A stretch of DNA of 59,117 nucleotides from a bacterium (lineage in GTDB: Bacteria; SZUA-182; DTGQ01), in NCBI GenBank assembly GCA_040752695.1, contig JBFMGO010000002.1, forward strand, positions 82,664 through 141,780, in the 5' to 3' direction. Made by a program: the position numbers and the translations under genes. Shown piece by piece: positions 18,785-28,030 of the stretch (position 1 is its first letter; every line of letters starts with the position of its first letter). A model generated the notes under the pieces. It was not told the DNA's origin. It saw only the letters and a list, made by a program, of their open reading frames with translations, and did no database searches.

Positions 18785-20755
18785 CTACCTTAACCCAAGG
18801 GCATTGATTTGTGCGTATATCTGCTGATCACTAAATCCATCTAACTCAATATTGTTTGAACGGCACATCGCGGCACAGGTGCCGCATCCCCGGCATTTTT
18901 TTTTGTCTATCGATGAAACTACCCTCATGCGATCCTCTCCCTGATCTTCCAGGCACTTCATCTCAATGGCACTAAAGGAACATGCCTCATGGCAGAGAAG
19001 ACAGCCGTCACAGGTATTTTCATTTATCCTTGCTACGCCGCGCTCCTGAAAAAGATCCCTGCTCCTGAACAACCCCATCACCTTACTGGCCGCAGCCCCT
19101 GCCTGAGCCACCGATTCGGCGATATCTTTGGGCGATTGACAGACCCCGGCCAGGTAGATGCCCGCGTTATTGGTTTCAACGGGCCGAAGTCTTGGATGGG
19201 CTTCCGAAAGAAAAGAGTGAAGATCGTAGGCGATCCCTAATTTCCGGGCCAGCGTTTCCACTCCCCGGGGCGCGGTAATGGCTGTAGCCAGAACCACCAG
19301 GTCTGCCTTGATCTCCACCTGCTCTTCAATCAGAGTATCTGCGCCGCGAACCACTAAAGAGCCATTATGGAGCGACACACTCGATACTCTGCCTCTGATA
19401 TAGATTGCCTCATACTTCTCGATAGCCTTGCGCACAAATTCGTTGTAGCCCTTGCCTGCGGCCCGAATATCCACGTAAAATACATAAGCCTTGCTTTCCG
19501 GACACCTGTTCCGCAAGAGCATGACTTGCTTGGCCGTATAGACACAGCATACTTTCGAGCAGTAAGATATTCCGTGGGAAGCATCCATCGAGCCAACGCA
19601 TTGGATAAAGACCACACTTTTAGGGACCCTGTTATCCGAAGGTCTCCTCAATTCACCGTGCGTCGGACCCGAAGCACTTATGAGGCGCTCAAACTGAAGC
19701 GAAGTGATAACATCGGGATAATGCCCGCCCCCGTATTCGCCGTACATCTCTTTGGCCATCAGGTCATAGCCGGTAGCCACAACAATCGCTCCCACCTCTT
19801 CAGAGACAATCTCATCCTCCTGCTGTAAATCGATCGCTCCGGCCGGGCAGACCTCTTGGCAGAGACCGCATTCAGTTTCCTGAAACTGGAGGCAGCTTTC
19901 CCGGTCAATGACCGGCTTATCCGGCACTGCCTGAGGAAAGGGTACATAAATGGCCGGACGGAGTGTGAGCCCGGCGTTGAATTCATTTTTTATGGAAACA
20001 GGACATTTTTGCATGCACATTCCGCAGTCAACGCATTTATTCATATCTACGGACCTGGCTTTTTTTCTGATTCTGGCTGTAAAATTCCCGGCATATCCTT
20101 CCAGAGTTTCCAATTCCGAATAGGTATAAAGCTTTATATTTTTATTTTCAACGACTTCTGCCATGTATGAAGTCATGATGCAGGGGGAACATTCCATAGT
20201 AGGAAATATTTCCGCCAATTGGACAACATGCCCACCTATTGATGGTCCTTTTTCCACCAGAACCACTTCATACCCTCCATCCGCGATATCAAGAGCAGCC
20301 CTGATACCGGCAATTCCAGCGCCGATCACCAAGGCCCTTTTCGTTATGGGGATTTTGATTTGATTAAGGGGGCGATTCCACTTCACCCGCTCCACCGCCA
20401 TCCTTACCAGGTTTTTCACCTTGTCCGTAGCCCGGTCTCTCTGTACCAGGGAACAGATCTCCTGCATATTGGCCATTTCCAAAAGGCAGGGATTTAATTC
20501 TCCCCTGGCCGCAGCTTTTCGAAAGGTTGTCTCGTGCACACTGGGAGAACAGGCTGCCACCACCACTCCATCGAGGTGATGCTCCCTGATGGTCTCGACA
20601 ATTAATTTCTGGCCGGCGCCAGAACACAGGTATTGATGATCAACAGCCTTGACTACACCCGGCAACGTGGCCGCATATCGGACCACTTCACGGACTTCCA
20701 CCATCTCGGTTATACTCGACCCACACCAGCATACAAATACTCCAATTCGCGACAT
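18785..20755 (-). CDS. hdrA: Heterodisulfide reductase subunit A (flavin-based electron-bifurcating)
   Basis: MSRIGVFVCWCG, AACSP, ALVIGAGIAG, FIQCVGS, YCSKVCC, PKDIAESVAQ, multiple CxxCxxC. Confidence 0.95.
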   Translation of the reverse strand: MSRIGVFVCWCGSSITEMVEVREVVRYAATLPGVVKAVDHQYLCSGAGQKLIVETIREHHLDGVVVAACSPSVHETTFRKAAARGELNPCLLEMANMQEICSLVQRDRATDKVKNLVRMAVERVKWNRPLNQIKIPITKRALVIGAGIAGIRAALDIADGGYEVVLVEKGPSIGGHVVQLAEIFPTMECSPCIMTSYMAEVVENKNIKLYTYSELETLEGYAGNFTARIRKKARSVDMNKCVDCGMCMQKCPVSIKNEFNAGLTLRPAIYVPFPQAVPDKPVIDRESCLQFQETECGLCQEVCPAGAIDLQQEDEIVSEEVGAIVVATGYDLMAKEMYGEYGGGHYPDVITSLQFERLISASGPTHGELRRPSDNRVPKSVVFIQCVGSMDASHGISYCSKVCCVYTAKQVMLLRNRCPESKAYVFYVDIRAAGKGYNEFVRKAIEKYEAIYIRGRVSSVSLHNGSLVVRGADTLIEEQVEIKADLVVLATAITAPRGVETLARKLGIAYDLHSFLSEAHPRLRPVETNNAGIYLAGVCQSPKDIAESVAQAGAAASKVMGLFRSRDLFQERGVARINENTCDGCLLCHEACSFSAIEMKCLEDQGEDRMRVVSSIDKKKCRGCGTCAAMCRSNNIELDGFSDQQIYAQINALGLR

Positions 20756-21146
20756 AACCCTTACTCCTCTAACCTCTTCTCAAACCCGCCGCTGTCTTTG
20801 CTATCTCTCTCTTATCTTCTGCCGTCTATTACCGCCTTTGCTGTCGCTCCTGCTGCCACTTCCCCCCCATTCTCATGCATGATAAATCGCCAGCAGCCAT
20901 TCTCCGCTGACAATTCATACTTCATCTTTTCCTTCCTTACACCATCATCCATTCCTCCCTCGAACTCTCTCAGCCTTTCATTCTCTCTTGAGCAGGAAAA
21001 TCCCTTACCAACCCCCCCGTGGCAAATTTTTGATTATTTCGATTGCTCATATAATCTGTATAAAATAATAATATTTTATAAAATTTATAACTTATTACAG
21101 GAAGGTTTTAAATTCTTAGCACTGAAGGGGTTGAGGAGGGTGGTAG

Positions 21147-21163
21147 GACAAAGATTGTGCCAA
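21147..21163 (-). promoter_or_regulatory. Possible sigma-54 promoter (variant -12) upstream of hdrA
   Basis: TTGGCAC-AATCT-TTGT; canonical -24, with GT in place of GC at -12. Confidence 0.4.
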
Positions 21164-21899
21164 GTTTTCCAATAAATGCGAGGATCAGATTTATCCTCTT
21201 GATGAAATATATTTCCTTTCTCCTCTTATAGGCGAGGGTACCCTTATGACAAGAAAAGTGCTTTTTAATTTCAGCGGCACAGCAAATCTCCTCCAGTATC
21301 TGAAAGCCAGTCAGCTTCCTCCCCCGATGAGGACTGTAGTCTGATTCCGGCATTTTAACGGGTATTTTTAATCCTTCAGCATTGACATCACTGATTGATA
21401 TCCTTACATCGATCAGCACGCAGGGCAAATCCAGGATTTCGTCCGGAACAGCATGCATACAGATGACAAATTCCGGAATATCAAGGATGAGCAGGAGCAG
21501 GAAAAGAACGCTCATTATCGTTACTTTAAGTTTCGTGGAAATCAACGCAAAAACCCCTCTTTGCAATTCACTCGCTCATTTCGAAAATATCTTGTATCAC
21601 TTGCTAACCCAAAGGCTGCATTTCATATGCCACTTTGAAAAATGAAAAAGGAAACGGAGTCAGCGTTAAGGGACTATGAATTATGAAAGAATAAAAGGCC
21701 GGAGGATTGTTTCTCTTTTACCCACGGCAAATCACATAAATTTAATGTCATAATCATATTTTTTGAAATTGTTTTCATTGTATTTGTACTGATGAACAGG
21801 ATTCGGTTGAGCTGCTTAACAGCCCCTGCCACCAGTGATTATGGGAAAATACGACGGTTTAGGTCAGAATATCAAAAAGGTAAAAATTTTGCACGTTTA

Positions 21900-21916
21900 T
21901 TGGCATATAAATTGAT
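21900..21916 (+). promoter_or_regulatory. Possible sigma-54 promoter (variant -12) upstream of the 22472 gene
   Basis: TTGGCAT-ATAAA-TTGAT. Confidence 0.4.
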
Positions 21917-22216
21917 TTCGTACCTATTTGATGACCAGGGTCTTGTTATGATTATTGAATGTCTTGTTATAATCATTAAAAGTAAAGATCATGAATGGGG
22001 GTAATAAAGTACCGGGAAAGAATCATGAAAATGAAGATATAATCGATGTACATTTTTTACAACTGACTATCGATACGGTGCTCGTCCTCACGCTATAAAG
22101 GTTATACTTCTCCTTTGGCATTTCCTCCCTGTCAGTTCCACCTCGCTCTTTGCTCTGTAAACCGTAGAGAAGTTTCCATTTTGTTTATCAATCTTTCCAG
22201 GCGGATGAAGAGTTAT

Positions 22217-22270
22217 CCTCTCACTCTATCCTTTTTCCCCTTTTGGGAAAGAGGGGAGGGTAGGGGAGGT
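22217..22270. repeat. Degenerate REP-like purine/pyrimidine palindrome
   Basis: cctctcactctatcctttttcccc-tttt-gggaaagaggggagggtaggggagg. Confidence 0.6.
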
Positions 22271-22471
22271 ATGATTCTGAAAACAAAAGGAGGCAGCAAA
22301 GATGTTCATCCTGTTCTCTGCGGAATTCTTATTCCCTATGAACCTAACCCGGGGACCTCCACAAAGGGGCTGATCTTTTTCATCTTTTCATACTGCGGTG
22401 GTACATTTTAGAGAGAGTTTCCCCTGCATTTCATGAGCGCTTAAAAATTAAGTGATAAGGAATCAATAATT

Positions 22472-23065
22472 ATGACAACAGAGAGTAGCAAAAAAATATT
22501 CCTCAGCCTCTTTGAGTTCATTTGTTGTGGCATCATTTTTTCCTCATCCGTTTATGCTCAATACTGGACACCACTGCCCCCTTACAATACGCTGTGGCCG
22601 CTCTGGTCTGCGGTGTTATCTCCTGTCGATCCTGTCACCGGGCTTCCCACACCTATAGTGGGTGCTCTTTATCCGAGCACGGTGCTGCCGGTGCAACCAG
22701 GCCTGACATGGGATCCTTCCCTCAGCTACCCCTGGCTTCTCTATAATACCCCTCTTGGGATGGCCTATTATGATCCGGTAACCGGGGTGGGTCCATGGCC
22801 GCCGAATTACCTGGCTGGCCCTTCAGGCCCGCTGCCGCTGACTTTGCCCGCTGATTATTCTTCTCTGGCACCGACCGATTCCAGTTGGCTTACAACGAAT
22901 GTGCCGCTCGCCAATACAGCTTTCATTGCCTACTTAAAACCGCTTGTTTTGCCTCCAGCAACGCTGCCTCCTCTGGTTACACCACCGACTACGATTCCTC
23001 CCATTTCCCCGGCGCCCTGGACTCCGCCAACACTTCTGAGTGCAAGTGCAATTCTGGGGTTGTAA
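22472..23065 (+). CDS. Secreted Pro/Trp/Tyr-rich hypothetical protein
   Basis: Signal peptide ending VYA|Q; mature start QYWTPLPPYNTLWPLW; RBS aagga; downstream hairpin. Confidence 0.8.
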   Translation: MTTESSKKIFLSLFEFICCGIIFSSSVYAQYWTPLPPYNTLWPLWSAVLSPVDPVTGLPTPIVGALYPSTVLPVQPGLTWDPSLSYPWLLYNTPLGMAYYDPVTGVGPWPPNYLAGPSGPLPLTLPADYSSLAPTDSSWLTTNVPLANTAFIAYLKPLVLPPATLPPLVTPPTTIPPISPAPWTPPTLLSASAILGL

Positions 23066-23070
23066 AGCAT

Positions 23071-23099
23071 GAAGGAGGGGTGGGGGGCCCCTCTTTTTC
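23071..23099 (+). terminator. Probable intrinsic terminator
   Basis: gagggg...cccctc stem followed by ttttt. Confidence 0.55.
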
Positions 23100-23133
23100 A
23101 TCAGCCGGCAGTCAGTAACCAGCCAGCAGCCAT

Positions 23134-23150
23134 ATGGCATTAGATATGCT
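23134..23150 (+). promoter_or_regulatory. Sigma-54 promoter upstream of the octahaem cytochrome gene
   Basis: ATGGCAT-TAGAT-ATGCT; exact GG-N10-GC spacing. Confidence 0.6.
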
Positions 23151-23347
23151 GTATTCATCTTCAGGAATTTAAGCCTGTAGTTTTTCATGGAGTTTAAGGA
23201 GGTGAATTTTTATTCGAAGAAAATCGGTATAGGAAGAAAAAGGTTCTCGTGAGTCAAGGTTAAGATGCGGATTTTGTGGCTTTTTAGTGAGATTACTGGA
23301 AAATATGTTCTTACAGGAAGAAAAGAGCGCACAAAGCGGAGGAAAGT

Positions 23348-24973
23348 ATGATCCGAGAACCTTATACAAAGGCGGTTTTTTACCGAATCAGTATGACCTT
23401 TTTCATATACCTATCGTTCATTATTTCTATTTCAACGAATTTTAGCTATGTTCCTGCCGAAGCATCTCAGCCTTTCGACGTGTATGATTCCTTAATCATT
23501 GCTAACCTGCTTAACTCTTTGGCCGTCCTCAATTTTCCCAACGCGAATCAGTCTTATTATTACAGCCAGGAGCCATCAGGTTACCGGCAGAATACAACTT
23601 CTGTTAACCCATATTCTGCTCTCTATTCTGCCAATCCATCCTCCATCAATTTGCCCGTTTCCAGTCTGCCCGTTCTCACCCTGTCCGCTTCCATCCTGCC
23701 CGGCGTGCTCTCATCTAATCCGCTTTCGGTGAGCCTGCTCTCTGCCCTCATCAGTAGTGGCCTGACATCTTCCCCATCAGGTTCTCCCACACTGCAAAGA
23801 GCATCTTCGGCTTCCCTGCAGGGTGGTGGCAATTACCTTTCTTCAATCAGCAAGGCTGATTTTTTAACCCCGGCTCTATCGCTCTTGGGCGCATCTTCCA
23901 CCGGTTTCTTCCCTCCGGCAGTGATCGGCAGTGCTTCTTACAGCTTTGGATTACCCGGCGCTGCTTTTTCGCCGTTTACTCCTTTTTTCACCGCTCCTTC
24001 GAGCGGGCCTTCTGTATCCTTGAATGGCGGGCTGCTCGTGTGGCCGACGCCGAATGCCCGGTATGCAAACAGCAGTCTTTTAAGCCTGCCGCTACCCGGA
24101 ATCAGACGTATCGCTGCAGTCGCTTCACTGGTTCTGGCCAATCCAGCCTTTGGGATGTACTGCCTTGAGCCTGCGTCCTGGCTTGATGCAGGGTTCCAGG
24201 TAAGCATATGGTCGAGCGATAAGCCGGTCCGCGCTCAATCCTTTGATAATCGGGGCTTCCTGCTTGATGCAACTCCTACCTTTAACGTTCAGCCAACCGG
24301 ACAGACGGGAAGTATGACCTTACTGCGAGCCGATGTTCATCTTTATGAAGGATTGATCAACACTCCGGCTCCTGTCGATTACCTGACCACGGTTACGGTG
24401 GATGCAGCTTCAGCCGTATCTGTGACACACCGCAGAAGTGCCAGTTGTGATAGCTGTCATCCTACGCCGCCAGGTCACATTGCCAGCTCTGGTACCTGGG
24501 GCAAATGCAATATCTGCCATAGCCTGCCAAATGTCATGCACGTTCATGCTTATAAAGCCAATATCGCCGTGGATGACTGCTATCGATGTCATCCAACCGG
24601 CTGCCTGTCAGGACTGCATGGACAGTTAGGGTTGTGGTGCAACAATTGCCACGGGAATTTGCTTGATGCAGCCAATGGTCAGATGTTTGTTTCCGGCCAG
24701 GCTGGAAAGCCTTACTGTGCCAATTGCCACGATCAACTGCATTCTGAAAACCTGCCTGCGATCTATGCCGACTCTGTAGGACATGGCGGGGTATGGTGCA
24801 TCAATTGCCATGGTGCAACCCATGTCATGCGGATCAAACCCTTTGGTTACAAGCCCCTGGGTTATAACAACTGCGAATCGTGCCACACTGCTCAGGCTGC
24901 GGTATCCTGGATGGGACCGAATTGCGGAATTTGCCACGGTTCCTCTGTTTCCCCACATTTGGTGAATCGATAA
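23348..24973 (+). CDS. Secreted octahaem cytochrome c with long low-complexity N-terminal region
   Basis: Eight CxxCH motifs (CDSCH, CNICH, CYRCH, CNNCH, CANCH, CINCH, CESCH, CGICH) in the C-terminal third; hydrophobic signal at the N-terminus. Confidence 0.92.
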   Translation: MIREPYTKAVFYRISMTFFIYLSFIISISTNFSYVPAEASQPFDVYDSLIIANLLNSLAVLNFPNANQSYYYSQEPSGYRQNTTSVNPYSALYSANPSSINLPVSSLPVLTLSASILPGVLSSNPLSVSLLSALISSGLTSSPSGSPTLQRASSASLQGGGNYLSSISKADFLTPALSLLGASSTGFFPPAVIGSASYSFGLPGAAFSPFTPFFTAPSSGPSVSLNGGLLVWPTPNARYANSSLLSLPLPGIRRIAAVASLVLANPAFGMYCLEPASWLDAGFQVSIWSSDKPVRAQSFDNRGFLLDATPTFNVQPTGQTGSMTLLRADVHLYEGLINTPAPVDYLTTVTVDAASAVSVTHRRSASCDSCHPTPPGHIASSGTWGKCNICHSLPNVMHVHAYKANIAVDDCYRCHPTGCLSGLHGQLGLWCNNCHGNLLDAANGQMFVSGQAGKPYCANCHDQLHSENLPAIYADSVGHGGVWCINCHGATHVMRIKPFGYKPLGYNNCESCHTAQAAVSWMGPNCGICHGSSVSPHLVNR

Positions 24974-25032
24974 CTAATCATCGATAGCTGATAGGCTGTA
25001 TAGAGAAATTGCCGTCAAAGTTACTGTCGAGG

Positions 25033-25081
25033 CATAATATTTATGAAAAAATATTTACTTTGCCTAGGCATAATAGTTATG
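25033..25081. promoter_or_regulatory. Pair of palindromic CATAA-N3-TTATG sites (candidate enhancer/UAS)
   Basis: aggcataatatttatga and aggcataatagttatga, 36 bp apart, upstream of the sigma-54 motif. Confidence 0.5.
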
Positions 25082-25119
25082 AATTTCATGCTATACTCTT
25101 TTTTCTGCCTGATGATGAG

Positions 25120-25136
25120 TTGGCATAGAGGTTGCA
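25120..25136 (+). promoter_or_regulatory. Sigma-54 promoter
   Basis: TTGGCAT-AGAGG-TTGCA; near-consensus -24/-12. Confidence 0.75.
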
Positions 25137-25316
25137 TCTTACCTTGAGGGTACTAAAATCGTAGCGGGCTGGCGGGGAGAAAGGAGAAGTTTTTATTCGC
25201 TCTGTACTTTTCTGCCAGCAGAAATATAAGGCATAAGACCTGAAGTGGAAATCTGAAGTGAAGACCTGCAATGAAAGCCGTGAATGAGGGAGCTGAGAGA
25301 AGAAGGGAGTTTTTGA

Positions 25317-26162
25317 ATGAGAAAGGCAAGAGATAAAAATATAAAAATATTTTTAAGCATACATATCATGGTATCAATTCTTTTTTTGTCAGTATTAACA
25401 GGCAATGCTCAAAATCCATTTTTCAGTCCCATTTATTATCCTTCTTCTTCCTATTACAATCCCTTGTCTTATATGCCCTTTGGGTATACATCACCTTTTA
25501 GCTTTTCATCACCTTTTGGGTATACGTCACTTTTTGGGTATACGTCACCTTTGGGGTATTCGTCATCGATCTTCAATGCTTACAGCAGATATAATCCCTA
25601 TACTCTTTCGATGATGAATCCTCTTTCCATGACGCTCCTGTCGATGGGACTCCCTTCTTTGACCATGTCCCCTCTGGCTTTGGGCAGGACGGCCAGGCAG
25701 GCGACCGGTATCCTTCCGCTGGCTTCGACGGGTATAAGTGCTCCCGCCTCTCTCTTGCCGGGTACCTTCATCCTTGCCCTGCCGAGTACTTTTGCTGCCG
25801 TCTTGCCGAGTGCTCTTGCTTCTCTCCTGCCAGGGGTTTTGACCCCTGCCTTACCGAGTGTTACCGCTCCCGTTTCCGTCCTGCCGAGTGCTGCTGTCCC
25901 AGTCCTGCCGAGTGGATCAACAAGTGCCCCCGTCTTGCCGAGTGCGAGTGGTGTCGCTCCTGCGGCCACGGGTATTGCGCTTTCGGTATTAACGGCGGCG
26001 CAGTTGATCAGCACGGGAAATCCGCAGGTACAGGCTGTTCTGGCCTTGATCTTGGATGATCCGACTTTATTGAACGATCCGCTCTTTTTGGATTCCCTGA
26101 TCAATACGGGTAATTCCCAGGTAGCCGCTGTATTGACCCTTTTGGTGAACGGTCTGATCTGA
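25317..26162 (+). CDS. Secreted low-complexity repeat protein
   Basis: Signal peptide ending GNA|Q; PFGYTS hexapeptide repeats; LPS-x repeats; duplicated LIxTGNxQVxAVL at the C-terminus. Confidence 0.8.
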   Translation: MRKARDKNIKIFLSIHIMVSILFLSVLTGNAQNPFFSPIYYPSSSYYNPLSYMPFGYTSPFSFSSPFGYTSLFGYTSPLGYSSSIFNAYSRYNPYTLSMMNPLSMTLLSMGLPSLTMSPLALGRTARQATGILPLASTGISAPASLLPGTFILALPSTFAAVLPSALASLLPGVLTPALPSVTAPVSVLPSAAVPVLPSGSTSAPVLPSASGVAPAATGIALSVLTAAQLISTGNPQVQAVLALILDDPTLLNDPLFLDSLINTGNSQVAAVLTLLVNGLI

Positions 26163-26247
26163 TATTTTTTGACCAGATCTGATATCGATGGGTGGAATCG
26201 AAGAAAAGACCAGCTTTGGGGGATGGCGGCTTTTGGTCTTGAGAATG

Positions 26248-26292
26248 AAAGAGCCTGTCCGACCTAAGTGCAGGACCGGTCAGGCTCTTTTT
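26248..26292. terminator. Bidirectional terminator between convergent genes
   Basis: aaagagcctg...caggctctttt inverted repeat. Confidence 0.7.
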
Positions 26293-26333
26293 ATTGGATA
26301 GCTCTTTTACGTTTTTGCAGTTTCTCAAAACAC

Positions 26334-27917
26334 CTACAAAGTTATCAGCTTGACTGACACAACGTTCGGCAGTTCTTTAAACTTTTGCAGCATGTCAAGG
26401 TCCACATGATTATCGATGTTCAGGACCGAGATAGCCCTGCCGCCCGGTTTCTCCCGGCCAAACTGCATGCCGGAGATATTGATGCCTGCCTGACCGAGCA
26501 GCCCGCCGATGTCGCCGATGACTCCCGGCTTGTCGATATTCTGAAATACCAGCATTTTTTCGGTTAAGAGGAGCTCTACGGCAAAGCCGTTGATTTTAAC
26601 GATACGGGGATTGGCCCTGCCGAACAGGGTTCCTGAAATCGTATTGACACCTTTGTCCGTATTGAGGGTGAGGGTGATCAGGTTGGTGAAGTCACCGATA
26701 CCGGTATCCTTGATTTCCTCTACCGTTATTTCCCTTTCCTTGGCAAGGATGGGAGCGTTGACGTAATTCACGGTTTCCTGAAGTATGGGCTTCAGTAAAC
26801 CCATAAGGGCAGCCACGGTGATGGGTGCTACATCGTAGTTCAGGACTTCACCGTGAAAGCTGATGGTGAATTTTTCCATTCTGCCGTCACTGATCTGAGC
26901 CAGCAGTCTGCCCATATTTTCCGTCAGGCTGACAAAGGGCTTGATTCCTGACAGAACCTCCTGCGGGATAGAGGGAGTATTGACTGCATTTCGAATCGTG
27001 CCGTTTTTCAGGTAATCCACCATTTGGTCGGCTATGGCAATGGCCACGTTATCTTGGGCTTCTTCCGTGGAAGCGCCAAGGTGAGGGGTTAAGATCACAT
27101 TCGGGAAGCTTAAAAGGGGGTTATCAGGAGAGGGCGGCTCTTTCTCGAAAACGTCCAGGGCCGCTCCGGCCACTTTACCGCTTTTTAGGGCTTCAGCCAG
27201 AGCCTTCTCGTCCACCAGCCCTCCGCGTGCGCAGTTGACAATCCTGACGCCGTCCTTCATCTTCTGAATGGTTTCCTGATTGATCATGTACGAGGTTTCG
27301 GTATTTTTGGGAACGTGAATAGTAATGATGTCGGATTTCCGGAAAATGCTCTCCAGGTCCACCAGTTCGACCTGGAGCTTGCGAGCCGCCTCTTCGGATA
27401 TATAAGGATCGTACGCAATCACGTTCATGGCCAATCCCCTGGCCCGCCTGGCAACCTCGGTTCCGATCTTTCCAAGACCGATAATGCCAAGGATCTTGTC
27501 CGTGACCTCGATTCCCATGAACTTTTTCTTCTCCCATTTTCCTTCCTTCATGGAGGCGGTAGCCTGAGGGATGTTTCTGACCAGGGAGAGCATAAGCGAT
27601 ATGGCATGCTCGGCTGTAGTAATGGTGTTTCCTCCCGGTGTGTTCATGACAATAATGCCTCGTTTGGAAGCCTCGTTCAGGTTGATATTGTCCACACCGC
27701 TGCCGGCCCGGCCGATGACCTTCATGTTTTGGGCAGCAGCTAAAACCTCGGGAGTGACCTTGGTTTCGCTGCGAACTACCAGGGCGTCATACGCACCGAT
27801 ACAGGATATTAATTCCTGAGGAGACATGCCGACCTTGACGTCTACTTCGATCCCCTCTTCTTTTTGAAATAAGTCAATTCCCTTTTTTGATAATTTATCG
27901 CTAATGAGAACTTTCAT
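26334..27917 (-). CDS. serA: D-3-phosphoglycerate dehydrogenase
   Basis: GRAGSGVDNI, GLGKIG, NCARGG, TPHLGAST; C-terminal ASB/ACT domains. Confidence 0.97.
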   Translation of the reverse strand: MKVLISDKLSKKGIDLFQKEEGIEVDVKVGMSPQELISCIGAYDALVVRSETKVTPEVLAAAQNMKVIGRAGSGVDNINLNEASKRGIIVMNTPGGNTITTAEHAISLMLSLVRNIPQATASMKEGKWEKKKFMGIEVTDKILGIIGLGKIGTEVARRARGLAMNVIAYDPYISEEAARKLQVELVDLESIFRKSDIITIHVPKNTETSYMINQETIQKMKDGVRIVNCARGGLVDEKALAEALKSGKVAGAALDVFEKEPPSPDNPLLSFPNVILTPHLGASTEEAQDNVAIAIADQMVDYLKNGTIRNAVNTPSIPQEVLSGIKPFVSLTENMGRLLAQISDGRMEKFTISFHGEVLNYDVAPITVAALMGLLKPILQETVNYVNAPILAKEREITVEEIKDTGIGDFTNLITLTLNTDKGVNTISGTLFGRANPRIVKINGFAVELLLTEKMLVFQNIDKPGVIGDIGGLLGQAGINISGMQFGREKPGGRAISVLNIDNHVDLDMLQKFKELPNVVSVKLITL

Positions 27918-28030
27918 TTTCTGGCTCCTTTGTTAGGTTCGGATATAAATGGTACATAAACAGTTATCTATAACAGTTATCTATAGCAGGCTCTCAAGCT
28001 GGAGGGGGTACCATCGCCGGGGAAATAAAA

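Noticed and set aside
18280..20755. Selenocysteine in HdrA or MvhD
   Set aside because: There is no in-frame TGA in either ORF.
20813..20953. 46-aa minus-strand ORF (MDDGVRKEK...) upstream of hdrA
   Set aside because: The RBS spacing is poor and the sequence is purine-rich with no homology evidence.
21108..21566. 152-aa minus-strand ORF as a gene or hdrB/C remnant
   Set aside because: No CCG or CxxCxxC motifs and no recognisable family. It could be a real small protein, but nothing supports it.
21410..21760. c-di-GMP-I riboswitch suggested by ggcaaa motifs
   Set aside because: The GAAA tetraloop stem and downstream GCAAAG elements are absent; an Rfam search would settle it.
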